DNA of 64,000 bases from an uncultured delta proteobacterium (GTDB lineage Bacteria; Desulfobacterota; Desulfarculia; JACQYL01; CAWGVV01), in the NCBI GenBank assembly GCA_963826125.1, contig CAWGVV010000002.1, positions 873,964-937,963 on the forward strand, in the 5' to 3' direction. Positions 56,087 through 64,000 of this stretch are shown one piece after another (the first letter of the stretch is position 1; each line of letters begins with the position of its first letter). The notes beneath the pieces were generated by a model. The model had not been told where the DNA came from. It saw only the letters and a program-made list of their open reading frames with translations, and did no database searches. The position numbers were made by a program, and so were the translations under genes.

Positions 56087-57520
56087 CTACCCCAGCGACA
56101 GCGTGACAAAGAAGGTGTTGTTGCCCCGTCTGACCAGCAGCAGCACGTCCTCTTTGGCAGGAAGACTCTTCACCACGCGGGAGTAGTCGTCCATGCTCTT
56201 GATGGGCTGTCGGTTGATCTCCTCGATGACGTCTCCGGGCCGCAATCCCGCCTCAGCAGCGGTGCCTCCCTGTACCACGTCATTGATTACCACGCCGTTC
56301 TCCTGGTCGATTCCCAGCTGCTTGGCCAGTTCCGGCGTGAGTTCCTGCACGGTGAAGCCCAGTTTGTCCTCTTCGCCCGGCGTGGCGGTGGCAGCGCCCG
56401 TTTTCGTTTCCTTCATTTCACCCACGGTGACTTCGATCGCCTTTTCCTTGCCGTTTCGGATCACCTTGATGGGCACGGAGGTACCGACGGCCGTGGTAGC
56501 CACCATGGTGGGAAGGTCGGACCATTCTTCGATCTTCTTCCCGTTATATTCCACGATCACGTCGCCGCGCTTGATGCCTGCCTTCTCGGCGGGACTGCCG
56601 GCGGGAACGTCAGCCACCAGGGCGCCCTTGTCGTCCTTGAGCGAGAAAGACTTCATGAGTTCGGGGGTGATCTTCTGAATCATGACGCCGAGCCAGCCGC
56701 GGACCACTTTTCCGTGTTCCTTGAGCTGTGCCACGATGGTTTTGACCATGTTGGACGGAATGGCGAAGCCGATTCCCTGGCCGCTGGCCACGATGGCCGT
56801 GTTGACACCCACGACCTGTCCGTCCATGTTGATAAGCGGACCGCCGCTGTTGCCCGGATTGATGGAAGCGTCGGTCTGCAGAAAATCGTCATACGGGCCG
56901 GCACCGATGTTGCGCTGTTTGGCGCTGATGATCCCCTGGGTTACGGTGTTCTCCAGGCCGAAAGGATTCCCCACCGCCAGTACCCAGTCTCCAACCCTGA
57001 TGGCGTCGGAATCGCCCAACGGCAGATAGGGGAAAGGACCGTCCGAATCCAGCTTGATCAGGGCGATGTCCGTTTTGGGATCGCGCCCGACGATCTTGGC
57101 CGGATAGGTGTGTTTGTCGGAAAGGCGGACTTCGATTTTGTCCGCGTCGTCAACCACGTGGTTGTTGGTGATGATGTACCCCTTCGAATCGAAGACAAAT
57201 CCGCTCCCCAATGCGCGCTGCTTGTATTCGCGAGGGATCTGGTTGCCGAAGAATCGGCGCATAAAATCTTCGAACGGGTCCTCGCCCCGGTGAAATTGAC
57301 CGGGGGAAGGCTGAAGGCCCTGGGTCTTCACATCCTTGACCACGCTGATGTTGACCACGGCCGGTCCTACCTGTTTCGCCAGATCGGCAAAAGAAGGCAG
57401 CGTCGCCATCGCGGCCGGCGCCGGTGCTGGCATTGCCAGAAGCAGGAACAGGAGCATTGCCGCCAGCATATGAACGGGCCTCGTAAATCCCTTCGGTTCA
57501 AAGTTGATTCGTTTGTTCAT
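56087..57520 (-). CDS. degP: periplasmic serine endoprotease DegP/HtrA (Do family) with two PDZ domains
   Basis: signal peptide; trypsin-like catalytic GNSGGPL; two PDZ repeats. Confidence 0.9.
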   Translation of the reverse strand: MNKRINFEPKGFTRPVHMLAAMLLFLLLAMPAPAPAAMATLPSFADLAKQVGPAVVNISVVKDVKTQGLQPSPGQFHRGEDPFEDFMRRFFGNQIPREYKQRALGSGFVFDSKGYIITNNHVVDDADKIEVRLSDKHTYPAKIVGRDPKTDIALIKLDSDGPFPYLPLGDSDAIRVGDWVLAVGNPFGLENTVTQGIISAKQRNIGAGPYDDFLQTDASINPGNSGGPLINMDGQVVGVNTAIVASGQGIGFAIPSNMVKTIVAQLKEHGKVVRGWLGVMIQKITPELMKSFSLKDDKGALVADVPAGSPAEKAGIKRGDVIVEYNGKKIEEWSDLPTMVATTAVGTSVPIKVIRNGKEKAIEVTVGEMKETKTGAATATPGEEDKLGFTVQELTPELAKQLGIDQENGVVINDVVQGGTAAEAGLRPGDVIEEINRQPIKSMDDYSRVVKSLPAKEDVLLLVRRGNNTFFVTLSLG

Positions 57521-57540
57521 CTTGCGGTCTCCCTTCTTTG

Positions 57541-57981
57541 TTATACCCTTACATTGAGGTACTTCATCCTCATCTCGTAAAGGATGTAATCGATCATCTG
57601 TTGTTCGTCGCTACTGAGGTTTCCCTTGGTCTTGTCTTTCAGCATTGCGATCATGTCGATGGTGTGTTTGGCCAGGGCGAGGTCTTTTCTCGTCTGACCC
57701 GAACTCGGATCGGGGGCTTCTCCCATGTGCACCAGACTCGATGAGAAGAGGGACCAGATGAACGTGGAGAACGTCACTTCGGGAAGCTGAGCCGATTGCC
57801 GTTGTTCTCCCGCCTCGTCGTTGGCGGGACGGTCCATCTCCGGTCCGCTTTCCCGCTCCGGAGGCGACTCCTGCCCGGATGTTCCGGTTTGCGTCGGCTC
57901 CGTCGGTTTTTCGGCGACCTTCTCCTCTTCGCCCAGTTTTCGCCTGTCCTTGATCACGAACCCTCGATCGTCTTCACTCAT
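57541..57981 (-). CDS. DUF1844-family protein
   Basis: acidic N-terminal half then conserved LPEVTFSTFIWSL…GEAPDP…LALAKHTIDMIAML…KTKGNL block. Confidence 0.65.
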   Translation of the reverse strand: MSEDDRGFVIKDRRKLGEEEKVAEKPTEPTQTGTSGQESPPERESGPEMDRPANDEAGEQRQSAQLPEVTFSTFIWSLFSSSLVHMGEAPDPSSGQTRKDLALAKHTIDMIAMLKDKTKGNLSSDEQQMIDYILYEMRMKYLNVRV

Positions 57982-58021
57982 AGTCTACTCCCTTCTCGAT
58001 GTTCAGCGCTTGCCTTCGGTT

Positions 58022-59602
58022 TCACATGTCGAATTGGACGGCCTCGATCACCACGGGCAAGCCGTTCAGACCGTTCATGGCATCCTGGGGAACGGAAACG
58101 TCCGTATCGATCAGGATAACATTCAGCTTGTTCTCTATGTCCTGCCCCACGCTCATGCGGTTGATGTTCACCCCCCGCTTCCCCATGAAGGACCCGATTT
58201 CTCCGATGACCCCCGGGGCATCCTGGGATTTGATGAAGACAAGATGGCCCTTCGGAGCGGCTTCCAGGGGAAAGGCATCGATTTTGACGATGCGCGGCTC
58301 CTTCTTTCCGAATAATGTTCCGGCGATATACCACTCCCGCATGCTGGTTCGTACGAGAATCGTGACCAGGTTGAGGAAATCCTCGCCCGTGTCGCTTTTG
58401 CTTTCCAGTATTTTGATGCCGCGTTCCCGTGCGATGACCGGCGCGTTGACGAAATTGACCATGTCGCGCAGCCGGGGGGAGAGCAGACCGACGAGAGCGG
58501 CAATGGTCAACGGTTTGCAATCGTAGCCGGAAATTTCACCCGTGTAGGTGACGGTTATCTCTTCGACTCCGCCCTGCAACAGGTTCCCCACGAATTTGCC
58601 CATCCGTTCGCACAGGTCCAGGTAGGGTTTCAGAACCGTGAGCTGGTCTCCGTCGATGGAGGGCATGTTCACCGCGTTTTTCACGGTGGCGTTGATCAGG
58701 TAATCGGCGATTTGCAGCGCCACCTCCACGGCCACGTTGCGTTGGGCCTCTTCGGTGGACGCCCCGAGGTGGGGCGTGCAGATGACGTTGTCCAGCGTCA
58801 TGAGCGGGCTTTCCAGCGGGGGCTCCGTCTGGAACACGTCCAGGGCGGCGCCTCGCAGTTTGCCCCTCTTGAGGGCTTCGTAGAGCGCATCCTCGTCCAC
58901 AATGCCGCCCCGGGCGCAATTGATGACCATGGCGCCGTCTTTCATGCGGCCGATGGACTCTTTGTTGATGATGGCGGTGGTCTGTGCCGTTTTGGGCACA
59001 TGAACGGTTACATAGTCGGAACGGGCCAGAAGTTCTTCAAGGCCGACCAGCTCCACGCCCATTCGCTTGGCGGCGTCCTCTTTGAGGAAGGGGTCGTGGG
59101 CGATGACCTTCATTTTGAGTCCCAGGGCGCGATCGGCCACGATGCTGCCGATCTTTCCCAGACCGACGATCCCCAGGACCTTGTTGAAAACTTCCTTGCC
59201 CTGAAATCTTTTCTTTTCCCACTTGCCGGTTTTCATGGAGGCCGTGGCCTGCGGGATGTTGCGGGAGAGGGCGAGCATCATGGAGATCGTGTGCTCGGCC
59301 GTAGTTACCGTATTTCCCTCGGGCGTGTTCATGACCGCGATGCCGCGGGCGGTGGCTGCGGGAATGTCGACGTTGTCCAGGCCGATTCCGGCTCGCCCGA
59401 TCACCTTGAGCCGTTTTCCCTCACGGATCAGATCTTCGGTGACCCTGGTTGCGCTGCGTATGATGAGGCCGTCATACTCCCCGATGACTTCCAGCAATCC
59501 GGCCGGGGTAAGACCGGATTTTTCATCAACCTTTATTTTTCCTGTATTCCTGAGGATATCCGCTGCTTCCGCTGCCATGTTATCGCTTATGAGAACTTTC
59601 AC
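58022..59602 (-). CDS. serA: D-3-phosphoglycerate dehydrogenase with C-terminal ACT domain
   Basis: NAD-binding GLGKIGSIV, catalytic RGG…D…H set, ~526 aa with allosteric tail. Confidence 0.9.
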   Translation of the reverse strand: MKVLISDNMAAEAADILRNTGKIKVDEKSGLTPAGLLEVIGEYDGLIIRSATRVTEDLIREGKRLKVIGRAGIGLDNVDIPAATARGIAVMNTPEGNTVTTAEHTISMMLALSRNIPQATASMKTGKWEKKRFQGKEVFNKVLGIVGLGKIGSIVADRALGLKMKVIAHDPFLKEDAAKRMGVELVGLEELLARSDYVTVHVPKTAQTTAIINKESIGRMKDGAMVINCARGGIVDEDALYEALKRGKLRGAALDVFQTEPPLESPLMTLDNVICTPHLGASTEEAQRNVAVEVALQIADYLINATVKNAVNMPSIDGDQLTVLKPYLDLCERMGKFVGNLLQGGVEEITVTYTGEISGYDCKPLTIAALVGLLSPRLRDMVNFVNAPVIARERGIKILESKSDTGEDFLNLVTILVRTSMREWYIAGTLFGKKEPRIVKIDAFPLEAAPKGHLVFIKSQDAPGVIGEIGSFMGKRGVNINRMSVGQDIENKLNVILIDTDVSVPQDAMNGLNGLPVVIEAVQFDM

Positions 59603-59753
59603 CTCTATCCTCCATGTAGGTGCTCCGGGGAACGTCAGCCCGGCTTTCTGTTCTATTCTTGATTCGCATTCGGCTCAGCGCAAGTCCCCAAAGGGACTTT
59701 TTTTCGCATTTCCACGTAATGAAATTCACGGTCCCCGCCGGGGATTGAGTACG

Positions 59754-60350
59754 TCAGCCCTTGTGATTGAGATGGGGGATATAGAAGACATATTCGCTTC
59801 CCAGCAGCAGGAACTGCTCTTCGACCCCTTCCTCGATGCGGGTGAACAGTTCCTTCAGGGTTTCCGCTTGTCTCAGTTCCAGGAGGAAGCGGTTCAGGTC
59901 GTAGTGCATGGGCCAGAGGGGAAAAAGAAAATTCTGGGAGTTTCCGTGCCACTGAACCCCCAGCTTTTCCTTCAGTTCGATGATCTTCTGATAGAAGGTG
60001 CGTACCAGGGCGGTTCTGAGCACCGGCTGGGGAACCTTCATGAGGCACTCCATGAGACCCGCCAGAAAATAGACCTGGCGCATGGCCGGAGGGTCCTCCC
60101 GATAGCGGAGCAACCCCCGGAGCGTGAACTCGAGCCCGTTTCGGAGAGGGATGTGGTTGGGTACCTGGGAGATATGGGCATGTTCCGCCCCCAGTACTTC
60201 CTGTCGATGCCGTTCGAACTTTTCCGCTTCCGCATTGATGACCAGTATCGCGTGCCCTCCCTGCCAGTCGGCCCATCGGAACTTGAGGGGTTTTTCGATG
60301 ATGACATTGGAGGGCGGAGTTTCCGATTTGAACTGAATGACCTTGCCCAT
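59754..60350 (-). CDS. hypothetical protein (198 aa)
   Basis: clean ORF, plausible codon usage, no recognised family. Confidence 0.45.
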   Translation of the reverse strand: MGKVIQFKSETPPSNVIIEKPLKFRWADWQGGHAILVINAEAEKFERHRQEVLGAEHAHISQVPNHIPLRNGLEFTLRGLLRYREDPPAMRQVYFLAGLMECLMKVPQPVLRTALVRTFYQKIIELKEKLGVQWHGNSQNFLFPLWPMHYDLNRFLLELRQAETLKELFTRIEEGVEEQFLLLGSEYVFYIPHLNHKG

Positions 60351-60533
60351 ATGTGTACCCTAAGAAGAGTCGCGGGAGGCGGAAGTTTAATTAAATGTTG
60401 ACTTCTACTGCATGATACTTTATTGTTCCTTAAATAAAAAGAGTGCTCGGCGTTAATCTCCTGCGGGGTCGCCCCCGGCAGGTTTTTTCATTGGAAGTAC
60501 GGGTAAGAGAGAGGAGCCGAAAGAGATATTATC

Positions 60534-60698
60534 ATGAGCAGAAGGAAATCAGTCAAATCCATCCGCAAAGAGAACCGTCTCAAGGCCAGTATGAACAGCA
60601 AGAAACGGATCTGCCGTAAATGTGGCCAGGTAATCGAAGGTCCGAATTACTTTTTCTGTGATTCCTGCCATCGCACCGTTTCGAAAACCGTAGCGTAA
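60534..60698 (+). CDS. small (54-aa) basic zinc-ribbon protein (CxxC…CxxC), not in the supplied ORF track because it is under 60 aa
   Basis: ATG at 60534 to TAA 60696..60698; MSRRKSVKSIRKENRLKASMNSKKRICRKCGQVIEGPNYFFCDSCHRTVSKTVA; GAGAGGAG upstream; possible TTGACT -35 element at ~60405. Confidence 0.4.
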   Translation: MSRRKSVKSIRKENRLKASMNSKKRICRKCGQVIEGPNYFFCDSCHRTVSKTVA

Positions 60699-60752
60699 AG
60701 ATGACAGACCCTCCTCCTCTCTCGCGCAAACTCTAGACAGAAGCGTCGGACA

Positions 60753-61112
60753 TTACGAGAGGAGACCTCTTTCCTGCAGGTAGGTCATGGTTCTATGGCT
60801 TACGGTAGCCGCTTTGCTGACGGCCGCGGTGAGGTCGTGAATGGCTTCGGAGGCAATGCCCGAGTCAATCTTCACCTGGGCCTGTTCAAGGTGTCCGGCA
60901 ATGGCGGCCCACTCCTCACGCGGCGACACCCGGCCGGCGATCCCCAGCTCGGCTGCAAGGTAACCGATGTACACTGATACCACCCGTTCCGCGCCCCTCT
61001 TCTCCATGGAAGGCAGCCCCTCCACCACCGACAGCATGGAGCTTGCCGCGATCAGGCCCGACTTTATCCGTTCGCCCATCATGAATCCCAGAATGGCTTC
61101 TTTATCCGACAT
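60753..61112 (-). CDS. hypothetical protein (119 aa)
   Basis: ORF with coding-like composition; no family recognised. Confidence 0.4.
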   Translation of the reverse strand: MSDKEAILGFMMGERIKSGLIAASSMLSVVEGLPSMEKRGAERVVSVYIGYLAAELGIAGRVSPREEWAAIAGHLEQAQVKIDSGIASEAIHDLTAAVSKAATVSHRTMTYLQERGLLS

Positions 61113-61315
61113 GTTGTTGTCCTTTTGTCCGCTTCGATACGGATGCTGGAGAAGCAGCCGCTATTATTTTTTCGTAACATAGTTAACATACGATGCCCTT
61201 GCAAGCTCCGTTTCCGAAAACGTCGCCTGCGGGGGTGACGAGAGGGATACCGGCGCGCCGAGGCGGCCGGGGAAATCGAGCCGAAACGGGGATAACGAGC
61301 ACGGGAGATAACGTA

Positions 61316-62506
61316 ATGGCGATTTCTGACAAAATGCAAACTTTCATCGGAAGGTCTTCCTGGATCCGGAAAATGTTCGAAGAGGGGGCCATACTGAAAA
61401 ATCAGTACGGGTCCGACAACGTGTTCGATTTTTCGCTGGGTAACCCCAACCTGGACCCCCCGGACTCTTTCTACCGTATTCTCGACAAAACGGTGAAGGT
61501 GCATGGTATTTCGGCCCACGGTTACCCGCCCAACGCCGGTCTGCCCCAGACCAGGGCCGCTGTGGCGGACTACCTGAAAAAGGAGCACGGTCTGCCGTTC
61601 ACGGGCGACAACGTCATCATGACCTGCGGAGCGGCGGGGGCGCTCAACATCGCGTTGAAAGCCGTTCTCAATCCGGGCGACGAGGTGATCTGCCCGTCTC
61701 CGTACTTTGTGGAATACGATTTCTACGTGGACAATCATCAGGGAGTCCTCAAGGCGGTGCCCACCCGCGAGGATTTCTCCCTGGACATCGAGGCGGTGGA
61801 ACGGGCAATCAACGCCGGGACAGCGGCCATGATCATCAATTCGCCCAACAACCCCACGGGACGGGTGTACGACGAGGAACAGCTCCGGAACCTGGCCCGG
61901 GTACTGAACGAAGCCAAGGCCAAATTCGGACGTCCCGTTTACCTTATTTCGGACGAGCCCTACCGGAAGATCGTGTACGACGGAGTTTCCGTCCCCAGCC
62001 ATTTCCACCTCTATGAGCATTCCATCCTGGGGACCTCCTATTCCAAGGACCTGTCCCTGCCGGGAGAACGCATCGGCTACGTGGCGGTGAACCCCGAGAT
62101 GGAAGGCGCCGGCCAGCTGGTGAACGCCATGACCGTCGCCAACCGTATCCTGGGATTCGTGAGCGCGCCGGCCATGATGCAGCGGGTGGTTACGGAGCTG
62201 CAGGGCCATTGCGTGGACATCGCGCAGTACCGAAAGAAACGGGACATGATCTGCAAGGGGCTGGAAGAGGCGGGGTATCAATTCGCCAGGCCCGAGGGAG
62301 CGTTCTACCTGTTCCCCCGGACGCCGATCCCCGACGACGTGGAATTCGTGAACCTGCTCCGGGAGGAGAAAATCCTGGCCGTACCCGGAAAGGGCTTTGG
62401 CGGGCCCGGCTACATCCGGTTGGCCTACTGCGTGGAAGACCGAACGATCGAAAACTCCCTTCCGGGATTCCGCAGGGCCATGGAAAAGGCCGGGAACATG
62501 AAATGA
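61316..62506 (+). CDS. class I/II PLP-dependent aminotransferase (aspartate/alanine aminotransferase-like)
   Basis: NPTG, SYSKDLSLPGERIGY (PLP-Lys) motifs; ATG at MAISDK with GGGAGA RBS. Confidence 0.85.
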   Translation: MAISDKMQTFIGRSSWIRKMFEEGAILKNQYGSDNVFDFSLGNPNLDPPDSFYRILDKTVKVHGISAHGYPPNAGLPQTRAAVADYLKKEHGLPFTGDNVIMTCGAAGALNIALKAVLNPGDEVICPSPYFVEYDFYVDNHQGVLKAVPTREDFSLDIEAVERAINAGTAAMIINSPNNPTGRVYDEEQLRNLARVLNEAKAKFGRPVYLISDEPYRKIVYDGVSVPSHFHLYEHSILGTSYSKDLSLPGERIGYVAVNPEMEGAGQLVNAMTVANRILGFVSAPAMMQRVVTELQGHCVDIAQYRKKRDMICKGLEEAGYQFARPEGAFYLFPRTPIPDDVEFVNLLREEKILAVPGKGFGGPGYIRLAYCVEDRTIENSLPGFRRAMEKAGNMK

Positions 62507-62540
62507 TCAACGCGGTTGTTCCGGGGGAAGGTGTCAGCTG

Positions 62541-63611
62541 ATGGCGCGCGTGGCCGTGGCCATGAGCGGAGGGGTGGACAGCGCGGTGTCGGCCGCCCTG
62601 CTGCGCGAAGAGGGGCATGACGTCATCGGGGTGCACATGATCATCGGGGGGGCAGAGTCCGCCGCCGGCGTTTCGCACGTCCGCGCCGTGGCCGACGCCT
62701 TGGAAATCCCCCTCACGACGATCGATCTTTCCGCTTCCTTCCGGCGGGAAGTGGTGGACTATTTCGTCTGCGCCTATCGGCGGGGAAGGACCCCGAACCC
62801 CTGTGCGGTGTGCAACCCGCGCATCAAGTTCGGGTTGCTCAGGGATCGGGCGCTGGCGGCCGGCGCGGACGTTTTCGCCACCGGCCATTACGTTCGGACG
62901 CGCCGGGAGGGTCTTTCGGGCCGGACGTTGCTGCTCAAGGGAGCGGACGCCAAAAAGGACCAGAGCTACTTCCTGCACCGGCTGACGAGTGAGCAGCTTG
63001 CGGGAAGCCTCTTTCCCCTGGGCACGTTCACCAAGGACCGGGTCAGGGACATGGCGGCCGAACGATCCATCGGCGGCTTGACGACTCCCGAGAGCCAGGA
63101 ATTCTGTTTCATGGGCGACGAAAACTACAAGCGGTTCGTGGAGTCGGCCGGAGAACCCGAACCGGGGGACATTGTGGACATCCACGGGAACGTGCTGGGG
63201 CGCCACGGAGGAATTCACCGCTACACCGTGGGGCAGCGCAGGGGATTGAACCTGCCTTCCACCGAACCGTATTATGTCGTCGCCATCGACCCGGCCGAAC
63301 GCCGGGTGGTCATCGGGAGAAACAGCGATCTGTTTTCACGGAAGATGCTGGTGGGAGACGTACACTGGATCGTCGACGAACCGGTCGGCCCCTTCAGGGC
63401 CGCCGCGCGGGTGCGATTCCGCCACCGGGAAGCCCCCGCACTGCTGGAACCCGGCGCGCCGGGCGAAGTGCGGGTGACGTTCGACCAGCCGGTCCGCGCG
63501 GTGACTCCCGGCCAGGCGGCCGTCTTCTACGACGGCGATACGGTCCTGGGGGGCGGATGGATCGTCCGGGCGGATGGGGAGGGTGAAAGGGAACATGACG
63601 GCGGAACATAA
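62541..63611 (+). CDS. mnmA: tRNA-specific 2-thiouridylase
   Basis: PP-loop VAVAMSGGVDSAV, catalytic Cys regions, ~356 aa. Confidence 0.9.
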   Translation: MARVAVAMSGGVDSAVSAALLREEGHDVIGVHMIIGGAESAAGVSHVRAVADALEIPLTTIDLSASFRREVVDYFVCAYRRGRTPNPCAVCNPRIKFGLLRDRALAAGADVFATGHYVRTRREGLSGRTLLLKGADAKKDQSYFLHRLTSEQLAGSLFPLGTFTKDRVRDMAAERSIGGLTTPESQEFCFMGDENYKRFVESAGEPEPGDIVDIHGNVLGRHGGIHRYTVGQRRGLNLPSTEPYYVVAIDPAERRVVIGRNSDLFSRKMLVGDVHWIVDEPVGPFRAAARVRFRHREAPALLEPGAPGEVRVTFDQPVRAVTPGQAAVFYDGDTVLGGGWIVRADGEGEREHDGGT

Positions 63612-64000
63612 ACCCACGGCGCACATCCATACCCTGGGATGCAAGGTGAACCAGGTGGAATCGGCCCAGATCGCCGACTTCCTGCGGAAAGCGGGTTACT
63701 CGGTTCACACGGGACCGTCCGGAGCGGGTGCGGATCTGTGCATCGTGAACACCTGCGCGGTCACCCACAAGGCTGCGGCCGAATCCCGCAGGGCCGCCGC
63801 GCGCATGGCGCGCTCGGGAGCCGTTACCGTGGCCACCGGCTGCGCCGTACAACTTTCTCCCCACGAATACGAAGCCATTGAGGGGATCGGTTGTGTAGCC
63901 GGCAACGGGCACAAAACGGACCTCCTGGATCCGGAAAAATTATCCTGCCGCTCCGGCGGACCGCGGATGCTGATGAGCGACATACTGCGCCGGACCGGGT
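63595..64000 (+). CDS. 5' part of a MiaB/MtaB/RimO-family radical-SAM methylthiotransferase (continues past window end)
   Basis: MTAEHKPTAHIHTLGCKVNQVESAQIADFL… = UPF0004/MTTase N-domain with the three conserved Cys; overlaps the mnmA end by 17 nt; open to the edge. Confidence 0.7.
   Translation, partial: MTAEHKPTAHIHTLGCKVNQVESAQIADFLRKAGYSVHTGPSGAGADLCIVNTCAVTHKAAAESRRAAARMARSGAVTVATGCAVQLSPHEYEAIEGIGCVAGNGHKTDLLDPEKLSCRSGGPRMLMSDILRRTG

Noticed and set aside
60452-60492. Hairpin CTGCGGGG-tcg-CCCCCGGCAG followed by TTTTTT, terminator-like
   Set aside because: Imperfect stem with a bulge and no plus-strand gene upstream to terminate; may be an attenuator or part of the promoter region for the divergent genes. 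Evidence is too weak to call.
1-64000. CRISPR arrays, rRNA genes, integrases, prophage blocks
   Set aside because: No spaced direct repeats, no rRNA-like conserved stretches, and no integrase/recombinase or phage structural signatures seen. The only mobile-element trace is the transposase relic at ~24.0 kb.

Overview
This 64-kb window is about 62% GC and is almost entirely coding chromosomal DNA. The gene content (selenocysteine-containing HdrA and MvhD, an H+/Na+-pyrophosphatase, many TRAP transporters, a PEP-CTERM protein, and sigma-54-type promoters) points, by inference, to a sulfate-reducer or syntroph-type Desulfobacterota (deltaproteobacterial) genome.

Layout from left to right:
- Divergent hutU (urocanase) and hutC (GntR-type Hut repressor), with a palindromic operator-like site between them.
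- A low-GC islet (3.4-3.85 kb) carrying a small DUF504/MJ1316-like gene.
- A ~15-kb minus-strand catabolic block (4.1-19.0 kb) with two complete TRAP transporters (binding protein, small permease, large permease). Between them sit a LarA-like (DUF2088) protein, a UxaA/GarD-family dehydratase and a methylmalonate-semialdehyde-type aldehyde dehydrogenase. Upstream lie a FadR/GntR regulator, a cyclase-family (KynB-like) hydrolase, a large 2x[4Fe-4S] protein and an 'amino-acid-synthesis family' (PF06684-like) protein.
- A TauE/SafE permease and two small paralogous proteins behind a sigma-54-like promoter, divergent from an unusual Lon protease that has a receiver (REC) domain inserted ahead of its AAA+ module.
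- A low-GC island (24.0-29.3 kb) that begins with a relic of an IS1380-family transposase. It carries an orphan acyl-CoA carboxyltransferase, an RsbW-like HATPase + GNAT fusion protein, a phosphodiester glycosidase and a hypothetical protein.
- A cell-surface/glycosylation patch: CPBP protease, HEAT-repeat membrane protein, SAM methyltransferase, PglC-like sugar transferase, DegT aminotransferase, and a PEP-CTERM protein behind a near-consensus sigma-54 promoter.
- An orphan ABC ATPase fused to a degenerate GGDEF domain.
- A heterodisulfide-reductase operon (mvhD, hdrD-like, hdrA) in which mvhD and hdrA each contain an in-frame UGA selenocysteine codon followed by a SECIS-like hairpin.
- Housekeeping genes: methylmalonyl-CoA epimerase, nifU, nifS, cysC, hppA, pth, rplY, prs, tRNA-Gln, ispE, degP, serA, mnmA and the 5' end of a MiaB/MtaB-type methylthiotransferase.

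No CRISPR array, rRNA or prophage was seen. Most long ORFs on the strand opposite these genes are GC-skew artefacts. In one stretch (about 450-3,160) my base counting read directly from the sequence drifted by up to 1 nt relative to the ORF-track coordinates, so small non-coding features there are approximate.
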